A DNA stretch of 64,000 bases from the NCBI GenBank assembly GCA_017396225.1, contig JAFQMP010000015.1, positions 18,446 to 82,445 of the forward strand, in the 5' to 3' direction. The DNA comes from Clostridia bacterium. Lineage in GTDB: Bacteria > Bacillota > Clostridia > Oscillospirales > CAG-272. The notes beneath the pieces are model-generated. The model made no database searches. It was not told the DNA's origin and saw only the letters and a program-made list of their open reading frames with translations. The position numbers were made by a program, and so were the translations under genes. Within the stretch, counting starts at the first letter, position 1. The number at the start of each line of letters is the position of its first letter. This document shows positions 56,130 through 64,000 of this stretch, piece after piece.

Positions 56130-57014
56130 TTACAAAATGGATTTCTTATATTCCAGCGGTGACATATTGGTAAAGCGCTTAAAGCACATTGAGAAATATT
56201 GCGGCGTGTCAAACTGTAAAAGGGCGGCAATTTGTCCGAAATTACACTTGCCCTCGCGTATCAGACGCTTTGCCTCCTCAATCTTTAAGTAGTTGTAGTG
56301 CCTGACAATGCCGCCCGGGCGGTAGAGCGCAAACAGGTTTTTGACGGTGCTTTCGCTTTTGCCGAGCCTGGCAGCGATTTCGGGCACCGTCAGGCGGCCG
56401 TAGAGGTTTGCCTCCAGCAGGTCGAGAATTTCCTTGACAGGGTAGGGGATATCCACGCCGTCCACCTTGTAGTGGTAACGGCTGCGCTTTGCAAGCGCAC
56501 CCTCGTGGCGGTGCAGGCGAATGAGGAAGATTTCCAAAAGATTTTTTGTCATCTGGCTGCTGCCGAAGGGGGCGTTTTCTATCCTTGTCATCTTCTGCAG
56601 CAGGGGGTTGCGGCGGTCAACAAGTGAGTAGGCGGAAAGCGCCTCGCGGAAGAGCATGGATACAAGCGCCTTTTCCTCCTGTGTGAGAGGGAATATTTTT
56701 CCCCTGAAAAACTGCATTGCGCGGCTGCGGCACTCAAAGGTGATAATTGATACGTTGGGAGCGCTGCCCTCGCTTGCGCGAATGGCGTGAAACTCGCCCG
56801 GACGGTGGAAGGTTAGCTCGCCGCTTTTCAGGGCAAAGCGGCGCTTGCCCGCGGTGCAGAGCACCTCGCCGCGGTCCACGTAGACCATTTCCCAGAAATC
56901 GTGCTCCTCACCGTCATAGGCAAAGTCCTTTGAAAACTCCATATAAAACACGGTAATCAGCTTTTCTATGTTGAATGCTTTTTCAAAGCCGAGCCTTATA
57001 AATTTATCAGCCAT
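56130..57014 (-). CDS. AraC-family transcriptional regulator (cupin plus HTH), divergent from the sugar operon
   Basis: 294 aa. C-terminal 'QIAALLQFDTPQYFSMCFKRFTNMSPLEYK'. Confidence 0.85.
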   Translation of the reverse strand: MADKFIRLGFEKAFNIEKLITVFYMEFSKDFAYDGEEHDFWEMVYVDRGEVLCTAGKRRFALKSGELTFHRPGEFHAIRASEGSAPNVSIITFECRSRAMQFFRGKIFPLTQEEKALVSMLFREALSAYSLVDRRNPLLQKMTRIENAPFGSSQMTKNLLEIFLIRLHRHEGALAKRSRYHYKVDGVDIPYPVKEILDLLEANLYGRLTVPEIAARLGKSESTVKNLFALYRPGGIVRHYNYLKIEEAKRLIREGKCNFGQIAALLQFDTPQYFSMCFKRFTNMSPLEYKKSIL

Positions 57015-57135
57015 AAGATACCTCCGTGTCTGATTTTATAAATATTATAACCGATTTTATATTCCATTACAAGTACCGATATGATAAAATAAAATTAAAT
57101 AAGGCAGTCTTTTGCCAAAAAAGGAGGATTTTATT

Positions 57136-57846
57136 ATGTACACAGTACTTTGCATTTCCTGTCACCCCGATGATATGGAGATTGCCTGTGCAGGTACGCT
57201 GCTTAAATGCAAGGAGCGTGGCGACCGCGTTGTCATCTGCCACCTGTCGAGCGGCAACCTCGGTCACGTGATTATTCCGCCCGATGAGCTTTCGGTGATG
57301 CGCGCAAACGAGGCAAAGCGCAGTGCGGCACTTGCAGGCTTTGATGAGGTTATCTGGGGCGGCTTTGATGACCTGGAGATTTACGACAACAACAAAGTGG
57401 CGCGCGACAAGGTTGTTGAGGTCATTAAGCATGTAAAACCCGACTTTATCATCACCCACGACCCCGATGACTATATGCCCGACCACGTGGCAACCTCTAA
57501 GCTGGTATTTGATGCAGCCTTTGCGGCAACGCTCCCCAACTACCATGTCAAGACTGAGGGCGCGGCAAAAATGGTGCCTATTTTCTATATGGATACCCTT
57601 GCGGGCGTCGGCTTTAACCCCACCGAATACGTGGACGTTACCCCCTACATTGATAAAAAGCTTGAGATGCTTGAGTGCCACGAATCCCAGATTGTCTGGA
57701 TGCGCGATCACGACCACATTGATTTCCCCGATATGGTCAAGACCTGCTGCCGTTACCGTGGCTACCAGTGCGGCGCCGACTATGCCGAAGGCTTCAAGCA
57801 GTGCCACGTTTACCTGAAGGGTACGACCAAGCGTTACCTTCCCTGA
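57136..57846 (+). CDS. PIG-L/LmbE-family N-acetyl-sugar deacetylase
   Basis: 236 aa from ATG 57136 (RBS AAGGAGG). Motif 'SCHPDDMEIACAG', second His/Asp motif 'ITHDPDDYMPDH'. Confidence 0.8.
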   Translation: MYTVLCISCHPDDMEIACAGTLLKCKERGDRVVICHLSSGNLGHVIIPPDELSVMRANEAKRSAALAGFDEVIWGGFDDLEIYDNNKVARDKVVEVIKHVKPDFIITHDPDDYMPDHVATSKLVFDAAFAATLPNYHVKTEGAAKMVPIFYMDTLAGVGFNPTEYVDVTPYIDKKLEMLECHESQIVWMRDHDHIDFPDMVKTCCRYRGYQCGADYAEGFKQCHVYLKGTTKRYLP

Positions 57847-57884
57847 GTTCAATTAAAAATTAAAATATAAAGGAGAACGATACT

Positions 57885-58832
57885 ATGGATTTCATGTCTA
57901 CCGTGAAGGGCTCTGCTCTTGAAGGCTTCTACCCTGCAGGCTGGGATTTTGCTAAGATTGATGCGTGCATTGATGCGCCCGAGAAGATTACCGAGCGTCA
58001 GGCTCACTGGAACAAGGACTTTACCCCTATCAAGTGCGATAGCCTTGGCGCATTTGAGACCTATATGGGTCACGAGATTGCCATGCAGATTCGCCTTGCC
58101 AAGGAGCGTGGCGAAAAGCTTGCGATTATTCTGCCCGTAGGCCCTATGGGTATGTATAAATGGGTTGTTTACTTCCTCACCGAGTGGCGCGTTAAGTGCG
58201 ACCACGTGTACACCTTCAATATGGACGAGTGGGCTGACTCTGAGGGCAACACCCTTGCTCCCGATAACAGCGGTGCATTCCAGTATGCAATGGAGCACGC
58301 GCTTTTCAACCCTCTGGGTGAGCTGACTGTTCCTGCTGACCAGCGCAACTTTGCCACCAAGGCAAACCTGCCCACCTACCCCGAGAAGATTGCAAAGCTC
58401 AAGGCAGAGGGCGCAAAACTCGTTCTTGTTTACGGTATCGGCAGAATGTGCCACATCGCTTTCTGGGAGCCCACCTTTGCTGCTGACTATGCAACTGCCG
58501 AGGAGTGGGAGAAGGCACCTTACCGTATTGCTGCCAAGATTCACCCCCTGACCGTAGAGCAGAATGCACTGACCAGCTTCAAGTCCCGTACGACGCTTGT
58601 TCCTTGCCGCGCCAACACCATCGGCCCCGGCCTCTTCCTGCAGGCTGACTACGCCATTGGTGGCGCAGACGGCACCCTTGGCCGCGGTATGCAGTGGCAG
58701 GGTCTCTCCCTCTGGATGACGCTCCGCTACGGCAAGACCCCTTGGATTACTTCCTCTTACATTCCCACCCTTGCAGGTCGCCTCTTCTTCCTTGACGAGC
58801 TTGCAGGCCCGCTGGTTGCAGAGTGCAACTGA
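57885..58832 (+). CDS. NagB/6-phosphogluconolactonase-superfamily sugar-phosphate deaminase/isomerase-like protein
   Basis: 315 aa. '[13 protein letters not shown]', 'TFNMDEW' and '[13 protein letters not shown]' parallel the GlcN6P deaminase blocks (G.tP, NLDEY, GIG.DGHIAFNEP). Confidence 0.65.
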   Translation: MDFMSTVKGSALEGFYPAGWDFAKIDACIDAPEKITERQAHWNKDFTPIKCDSLGAFETYMGHEIAMQIRLAKERGEKLAIILPVGPMGMYKWVVYFLTEWRVKCDHVYTFNMDEWADSEGNTLAPDNSGAFQYAMEHALFNPLGELTVPADQRNFATKANLPTYPEKIAKLKAEGAKLVLVYGIGRMCHIAFWEPTFAADYATAEEWEKAPYRIAAKIHPLTVEQNALTSFKSRTTLVPCRANTIGPGLFLQADYAIGGADGTLGRGMQWQGLSLWMTLRYGKTPWITSSYIPTLAGRLFFLDELAGPLVAECN

Positions 58833-58833
58833 T

Positions 58834-59796
58834 ATGACAAAGCGAGAGGGAATTGCGGTTGTCGGCACGTTGCTTGTCGATAACCTTTACGAAATTTCCG
58901 CTTACCCTGCTGAGGGTGAGCTGACGCAGATTCGTGCGGTCAGCCTTGCCTGCGGCGGTCTGGTGCCGAACAACGGCATCGGCCTGAAGAAAATTGCGCC
59001 CGATATGCCTGTTTTTGCCGTCGGCAAGGTGGGCGCGGACGACGCAGGCAGATATGCGCTTGACACGATGTGTGCCGCAGGCGTTGATGTGTCGCTTGTC
59101 AAGGTTGTCCCTGCGGAGCGCACCAGCTTTACCGACGTGATGAGCGTTGCGGGTGGTCAGCGAACCTTCTTTACTTACCCGGGTGCATGCGCCACCTTTG
59201 GTGCCGATGATGTGCCGTGGGATAAGCTTACCTGTGAGATGCTGCACCTCGGCTATTTTCTGCTGCTTGAAAGGGTTGATGCAGGCGACGGTCTTGCTAT
59301 CTTAAAGGAAGCAAAGGCGAGAGGCATCAAAACCTCCATTGATTTGGTGAGCGAAAACAGCGACCGCTATCAGCTGGTGCTGCCCTGTTTGCCCTACGTT
59401 GATAACCTAATTATCAACGAGCTTGAGGCGGGTAAGCTTGCAGGCATGGAGACAACCGAGGAAAATCTTCCCGCGATTGCAGCAAAGCTGCTTGATATGG
59501 GCGTCCGTGAGCGCGTGATTATTCACCAGCCCAGCTTGGGACTTTGCTGTACGCGCGAGGGCGTTTGGACGCTGCCCTCCTGTCGTTTGCCCAAGGGCTA
59601 TATCAAGGGTAAGACCGGTGCGGGCGACGCCTTCTGCTCAGGTGCCTTGATTGCGATTGCCGGGAATGCGGCACCCCTTGACATTCTGGAGCTTGCTGAG
59701 GCGGCTGCTGTCGCATCGCTCACCGCCTCCGATGCAACAAGCGGTATTTTGCCCCGGAGAGAATTGCTTGAAAATATCAGAAAATTTGAAAGGTAA
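58834..59796 (+). CDS. PfkB-family carbohydrate kinase
   Basis: 320 aa from ATG 58834, 1 nt after the upstream stop. 'KTGAGDAFCSGAL' ATP/anion-hole motif. Confidence 0.85.
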   Translation: MTKREGIAVVGTLLVDNLYEISAYPAEGELTQIRAVSLACGGLVPNNGIGLKKIAPDMPVFAVGKVGADDAGRYALDTMCAAGVDVSLVKVVPAERTSFTDVMSVAGGQRTFFTYPGACATFGADDVPWDKLTCEMLHLGYFLLLERVDAGDGLAILKEAKARGIKTSIDLVSENSDRYQLVLPCLPYVDNLIINELEAGKLAGMETTEENLPAIAAKLLDMGVRERVIIHQPSLGLCCTREGVWTLPSCRLPKGYIKGKTGAGDAFCSGALIAIAGNAAPLDILELAEAAAVASLTASDATSGILPRRELLENIRKFER

Positions 59797-59802
59797 TAAA
59801 CC

Positions 59803-60657
59803 ATGTTAGTCAATCTGAAGGAAATTCTGGAGATTGCCGAGCGCGAGCAAATCGCAATCGGTATGTTCAACGCAACGGGCTTTGACAGCCTGCAGGCAGT
59901 GATTGCTGCGGCAGAGGAGCTGAATCAGCCTGTGATTATCGCACACGCAGAGGTGCATAACGTTTATAACGACATTTCCATTGTCGGCCCCGCGATGATT
60001 GCCGCTGCCAAGGCTGCAAAGGTGCCGGTTTGCGTGCATCTTGACCACGGCACCTCTATGGAGATGATTTACCGCGCACTGCGCATTGGCTTTACCTCGG
60101 TTATGATTGATGCTTCGCATCTTCCTTACGAGGAGAACCTTGCCCTCACCAAGCAGACCGTAGAAATGGCACACGCTATGGGCGTGTCTGTTGAGGCAGA
60201 GCTTGGTCGCCTTGTCACGGGTGAGGCGGGCAGCACTGAGGAGGTTGACACCACCCTCAAGGCAGAGGACTTTTACACCGACCCCGCTGAGGCAGAGGCG
60301 TTCTGTAAGGAGACCGGTGTGGACGCGCTTGCCATTGCATTCGGCACCGCACACGGCTTCTATACCGCGCAGCCCAAGCTTGACTTTGATGTTGTCAAGC
60401 GCGTAAAGGCCGCAACGGGTCTGCCCCTTGTTATGCACGGCGGCAGCGGCGTGTCCGAGGAGGGCTTCAAGACTGCGATTGCAGGCGGTATCCGTAAAAT
60501 CAACTACTATTCCTATATGTCCAAGGCAGGCTATGAGGCTGCCAAGGCTGAAATTGAGGCAGGTCACAGCAAATACCTGCACGACGTTGAGTTTGCCGCG
60601 ATGAAGGCAATGAAGGAAGACGTCAAGAAGGCAATTGCCATTTTTGCAAATCTTTAA
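59803..60657 (+). CDS. class II ketose-bisphosphate aldolase (FBA/tagatose-bisphosphate aldolase family)
   Basis: 284 aa. 'PVCVHLDHG', 'VMIDAS', 'LVMHGGSG'. Confidence 0.88.
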   Translation: MLVNLKEILEIAEREQIAIGMFNATGFDSLQAVIAAAEELNQPVIIAHAEVHNVYNDISIVGPAMIAAAKAAKVPVCVHLDHGTSMEMIYRALRIGFTSVMIDASHLPYEENLALTKQTVEMAHAMGVSVEAELGRLVTGEAGSTEEVDTTLKAEDFYTDPAEAEAFCKETGVDALAIAFGTAHGFYTAQPKLDFDVVKRVKAATGLPLVMHGGSGVSEEGFKTAIAGGIRKINYYSYMSKAGYEAAKAEIEAGHSKYLHDVEFAAMKAMKEDVKKAIAIFANL

Positions 60658-60672
60658 TAAGGAGCATTTATC

Positions 60673-61512
60673 ATGAAAAAGGGTATTAATATCTGGTCTT
60701 TCCCCCAGCAGACGCTGGCAGAGAGCTTTGCACTTGCCAAGGACGCAGGCTTTGAGGGCGTAGAGCTCGGTCTGCTTGCCGAGGGCGAGGTCAGCCTGAA
60801 GTCCACCGAAAAGGACTTGCTTGCCGTCAAGCAGTCCGCTGCCGACAACGGCATTGAGCTTTATAGCATTGCCACCGGTCTTTACTGGGACCACTGGCTC
60901 ACCGACGATTGCGCCAAGGAAAGACAGGTTGCAAAGGATATTGTCAAGAAGCACCTTGAGGTTGCAAAGACCCTTGGCTGCGATACCATTCTGGTTGTTC
61001 CCGGTTCGGTGCACGCAGAGTTTGCCGCACCCGGCAAGGTTGTGGATTACGTGACTGCCTACGAGCGCAGCCTGGAGGCGCTTACCGAGCTGAAGGCCGA
61101 TGCAGAGCGTCTTGGCGTAAATATCGGCATTGAGAACGTCTGGAATCAGTTCCTGAACTCTCCCGTTGAGATGCGCGACTTTATCGACAAGATTGACAGC
61201 CCCTTCGTTGGCAGCTATTTTGACGTCGGCAACGTGCTCTTCAACGGTCACCCCGAGCACTGGATTCGTGCGCTCGGCAAGCGTATCAAGAAGGTGCACT
61301 TCAAGGATTACCGCGTAGCGGCAGGCGGCCTGCACGGCTTTGTTGACCTGCTTGCAGGTGATGTGGATTATCCCGCAGTTGTCAAGGCCCTTGAGGAGAT
61401 TGGCTACGACGGCTGGGTATCCGCAGAGATGATTCCCAATTACAGACACTACACCGAGACCATTATTTACAACACCTCTAACGCCATGGACCGTATCCTT
61501 GGCAGAAAATAA
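60673..61512 (+). CDS. sugar phosphate isomerase/epimerase (xylose isomerase-like TIM barrel)
   Basis: 279 aa. 'GFEGVEL', 'IGIENVWN' and 'VHFKDY' are typical of the AP_endonuc_2 family. Confidence 0.8.
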   Translation: MKKGINIWSFPQQTLAESFALAKDAGFEGVELGLLAEGEVSLKSTEKDLLAVKQSAADNGIELYSIATGLYWDHWLTDDCAKERQVAKDIVKKHLEVAKTLGCDTILVVPGSVHAEFAAPGKVVDYVTAYERSLEALTELKADAERLGVNIGIENVWNQFLNSPVEMRDFIDKIDSPFVGSYFDVGNVLFNGHPEHWIRALGKRIKKVHFKDYRVAAGGLHGFVDLLAGDVDYPAVVKALEEIGYDGWVSAEMIPNYRHYTETIIYNTSNAMDRILGRK

Positions 61513-61530
61513 TCAAAGGAGAATTTTACA

Positions 61531-62514
61531 ATGCTGAAAGTAGGACTTATCGGCTGCGGCTTTATGGGCAGCATGCACGCAAATTGCTATCACAACATTG
61601 AGGGCGCTACTGTTGTGGCAGTCGCCGACATTCGCCCTGAGAAGGCAGAGGAGCTGGCAAAGCTCTCCGGTGCCAAGATTTACGCAACCGGCAAGGAGCT
61701 GATTGAAAACGCTGATGTTGACGTGATTGACATCTGCCTCCCCACCTACCTCCATGCAGAGCACGCGCTGCTCGCGATGGATAAGGTAAAGTACGTTTTC
61801 GTTGAGAAGCCCGTTACCCTCACCCTTGAGGAGGGCAAGGCTTTGATTGAGAAGGCAAAGGCTACCGGTGCGCAGGTGCAGGTCGGTCAGGTTATCCGTT
61901 TCTGGGACGAGTACGTAGAGCTTGCAAAGATTATCAAGGCAGGCACCTATGGTAAGGTTATCAACGCAAACTTCCGCCGCCTTTCTCCGCTTCCCACCTG
62001 GGGCTGGGAGGATTGGCTCTTTGACGTCAAGAAGTCGGGCGGCGCAGGTCAGGACCTGCACGTACACGATATCGACTACGTGCTTTCTCTCTTCGGTGAG
62101 CCTGAGAAGTTCCTTTCCGCAAAGAGCACGCTCGGCCGTGAGAACGACTACGTGGCAACCCTGATGCAGTATAAGGACTTCGTTGTTTCTGTTGAGGGCA
62201 CCTGGGCACTCCCCGGCACCTACCCCTTCACTGCAACCTTCCGCGTTGTCTTTGAGAAGGCAACCCTTGAGAATGCAGGCGGTAAGCTGATGTGCTATAC
62301 CGACGAGGGTGCGCAGGAAATCAAGATTGAGAAGGTTGAGCTGGCAGGTGAGGGCTACAAGGGCGGTAACGTTTCCGACCTTGGCGGCTACTACAACGAG
62401 CTTGTGTATTTCTGCGACAGAGCTGCAAAGGGCGAGGCTATCGAGCAGGCAACGGTTTGCGATGCAGTTGCTTCTCTTGACTTCCTCCTTCGTGAGCTTG
62501 CGTTCAAGGCATAA
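61531..62514 (+). CDS. Gfo/Idh/MocA-family NAD(P)-dependent oxidoreductase
   Basis: 327 aa. Rossmann 'LKVGLIGCGFMG', 'EKPV' motif. Confidence 0.85.
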   Translation: MLKVGLIGCGFMGSMHANCYHNIEGATVVAVADIRPEKAEELAKLSGAKIYATGKELIENADVDVIDICLPTYLHAEHALLAMDKVKYVFVEKPVTLTLEEGKALIEKAKATGAQVQVGQVIRFWDEYVELAKIIKAGTYGKVINANFRRLSPLPTWGWEDWLFDVKKSGGAGQDLHVHDIDYVLSLFGEPEKFLSAKSTLGRENDYVATLMQYKDFVVSVEGTWALPGTYPFTATFRVVFEKATLENAGGKLMCYTDEGAQEIKIEKVELAGEGYKGGNVSDLGGYYNELVYFCDRAAKGEAIEQATVCDAVASLDFLLRELAFKA

Positions 62515-62522
62515 TTTGCATG

Positions 62523-62556
62523 AAAAAGAACCGGTGCGAAAGCACCGGTTCTTTTT
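62523..62556. terminator. bidirectional intrinsic terminator
   Basis: AAAAA-GAACCGGTGC-GAAA-GCACCGGTTC-TTTTT between the convergent oxidoreductase and maf genes. Confidence 0.85.
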
Positions 62557-62578
62557 CATTGGTGAGTAATTTATGGTA

Positions 62579-63172
62579 TCAAAGCTCGGTCAGTGTGCGA
62601 CCAAGCAGCTCCTTTGTAAGCTGATTCAGGCGGAAAACGGGCAGACCGACGACGTTGAAATAGTCGCCCTCAAGTCCCTTGATAAAGAGGGAAGCGAGTC
62701 CTTGCACGGCGTAGGCGCCCGCCTTATCAGCAGGCTCGCCGCTTGACACGTACCAAGCGATGTCATTTTCACTCATATCGGAAAAGACAACGCCTGTGCG
62801 CTCGGCTGCGGCAAGCTCACGGTCACCGCAAAGGAGTGCCACGCCGGAAAGAACCTCGTGTGTGCTGCCCGAAAGCATACGGAGCATACGGGCGGCATCG
62901 TTTTCATCTGTGGGCTTTCCGAGGATTTGACCATCTGCCGCGACAACGGTATCCGAGGCGATGATAAGGGTGTCCTTATTCCATTCACCCTCGGCTGCAA
63001 GCAGGTCGCGCACCGCGCGTCCCTTGCGAAGCGAAAGCTCGGTGACAAGCGCAGCAGGATTCCGTTCCTCGCTGTGCTCGTCTGCGTCTGCGCTGATAAT
63101 CTCAAAGCGCACGCCGAGCATTTCGAGAATCTCGCGGCGGCGCGGGGATTTGGAGGCAAGAATGACGCGCAT
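62579..63172 (-). CDS. maf: Maf-family nucleoside triphosphate pyrophosphatase
   Basis: 197 aa. 'ILASKSPRRREIL', 'KAGAYAVQG'. Confidence 0.9.
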   Translation of the reverse strand: MRVILASKSPRRREILEMLGVRFEIISADADEHSEERNPAALVTELSLRKGRAVRDLLAAEGEWNKDTLIIASDTVVAADGQILGKPTDENDAARMLRMLSGSTHEVLSGVALLCGDRELAAAERTGVVFSDMSENDIAWYVSSGEPADKAGAYAVQGLASLFIKGLEGDYFNVVGLPVFRLNQLTKELLGRTLTEL

Positions 63173-63621
63173 TATTTGGTACCTGTGGAGCCAAAGCCGC
63201 CCGCACCGCGTGCTGTTTCGTCAAGCTCATCACAAACCGCGAAGGCTGCGGCGTAGACGGGCATAAACATCATCTGCGCAATGCGGTCGCCGCGTGCTAC
63301 AACAAAGTCCTCGTGACCTGTGTTGTGCAGGCTGACACCAATTTCGCCGCGGTAATCGGCATCAATCACACCAATGCCGTTTGACAGGCGAATGCCCTTT
63401 TTGCAGGCAAGACCGCTGCGAGGGGCAAGAATGGCAACCACATCGCTCGATTCGGGCGCAATGGCGATGCCTGTGGGAATGAGCGCGCGTTCACCGGGCG
63501 CAATGGTCACGGTGGTGCCCTCGTCAAGGGCGGCGCGCAGGTCTACGGCGGCGGAGCCGTCGGTGGCGTAGGTGGGGGCTTCCATACCGCGGGTTAATTT
63601 GATTTTTACGGGAATTTTCAT
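63172..63621 (-). CDS. dut: dUTP diphosphatase
   Basis: 149 aa. 'GSAAVDL', 'PRSGLACKKGI', 'GVIDADYRGEI'. Its stop overlaps the maf start. Confidence 0.92.
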   Translation of the reverse strand: MKIPVKIKLTRGMEAPTYATDGSAAVDLRAALDEGTTVTIAPGERALIPTGIAIAPESSDVVAILAPRSGLACKKGIRLSNGIGVIDADYRGEIGVSLHNTGHEDFVVARGDRIAQMMFMPVYAAAFAVCDELDETARGAGGFGSTGTK

Positions 63622-63868
63622 AATATATCCTTTTCCTTTGTTGATTTTATCGTTCTAAGGGCGCGCCGTTTGCACGCAGCTCGCTTTGCAGCGTGGGAAT
63701 ATCAACATCGTGCACGCTACGTTGCTTTGATGCATATTGAGGTTTCCCGGCGAAGCGTTTTGCTGCTTATATGATAGCACGCGTGCGAAAAAATTGCAAG
63801 ATAAATTGCTTGCTTTATGCGTTTTTTTGCGTGGTGCGCGGAAAAAGTCTAATTTGGTGGGGAGCGGC

Positions 63869-63897
63869 TTGCAATTTTTCCCCGAATGCGGTAAAAT
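63869..63897 (+). promoter_or_regulatory. sigma-70-type promoter for the last (partial) gene
   Basis: TTGCAA (63869-63874), 17-nt spacer, TAAAAT (63892-63897). Confidence 0.5.
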
Positions 63898-63934
63898 AAG
63901 AGGGTATTATGAAATAAAGGAAGGTTTTTCGTAA

Positions 63935-64000
63935 ATGACCGAACAGGAAAAGCAGGAGCGAAAGCGCGCGCGAATGCTGGAGGCACCAGCCAAGGGGCTG
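63935..64000 (+). CDS. 5' end of an unidentified gene (runs off the window)
   Basis: ATG 63935 after AAGGAAGG. Only 22 codons are visible (MTEQEKQERKRARMLEAPAKGL), so no product call is possible. Confidence 0.35.
   Translation, partial: MTEQEKQERKRARMLEAPAKGL

Noticed and set aside
59806-61449. 547-aa minus-strand ORF across the aldolase and TIM-barrel genes. Similar antisense ORFs lie at 57067-57852, 57849-58868 and 61513-62559.
   Set aside because: They are antisense to motif-bearing sugar-operon genes and have no RBS or domain signal.

Overview
This 64-kb chromosomal window comes from a GC-rich Gram-positive anaerobe. It looks Clostridia-like by gene content and order, but that is inference only. 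The window spans the replication origin. Left part (minus strand): gyrA, gyrB, remB-like, recF, dnaN and dnaA, with a DnaA-box cluster in the dnaA-dnaN spacer and a very AT-rich tract upstream of dnaA. Next come copA, a PfoR-like EIIC membrane protein, radC, two MATE paralogs flanking a GNAT, a Dabb protein, a small XRE module and a CPA2 antiporter. After these is a four-gene translationally coupled carrier-protein acyl-transfer cassette: PlsC-like acyltransferase, AMP-ligase, ACP and an LRAT::PPTase fusion. Then follow an ECF S component, tRNA-Trp, rpmG-secE-nusG-rplK-rplA, overlapping luxS-mtnN, an AraC regulator, alr, mutY and sufC plus a SufB/D gene. The central 12 kb holds fumC, a nine-gene coupled operon (hdrBCA-mvhD, Flx/Asr-like NADH module, FrdB/FrdA-like pair) and an AAEx-family transporter. 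I read this as a candidate flavin-based electron-bifurcating soluble fumarate reductase. Downstream, tRNA-Glu is followed by an AT-rich island with no integrase, bounded by degenerate copies of the tRNA 3' end. The island carries a mosaic Ltp/LRR lipoprotein and a three-gene toxin-antitoxin-chaperone (TAC) module: an H-Y-E ADP-ribosyltransferase-like toxin, a small partner and a SecB-like chaperone, in a CmdTAC-like architecture. This is my top candidate for an uncharacterised system. Right part: an NhaC-family antiporter, purC, an AraC-controlled amino-sugar-like catabolic operon, maf and dut. Many of the longest ORFs in the supplied track (up to 1265 aa) are antisense shadows of real genes and were rejected. 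No CRISPR array, rRNA, transposase or integrase was seen.
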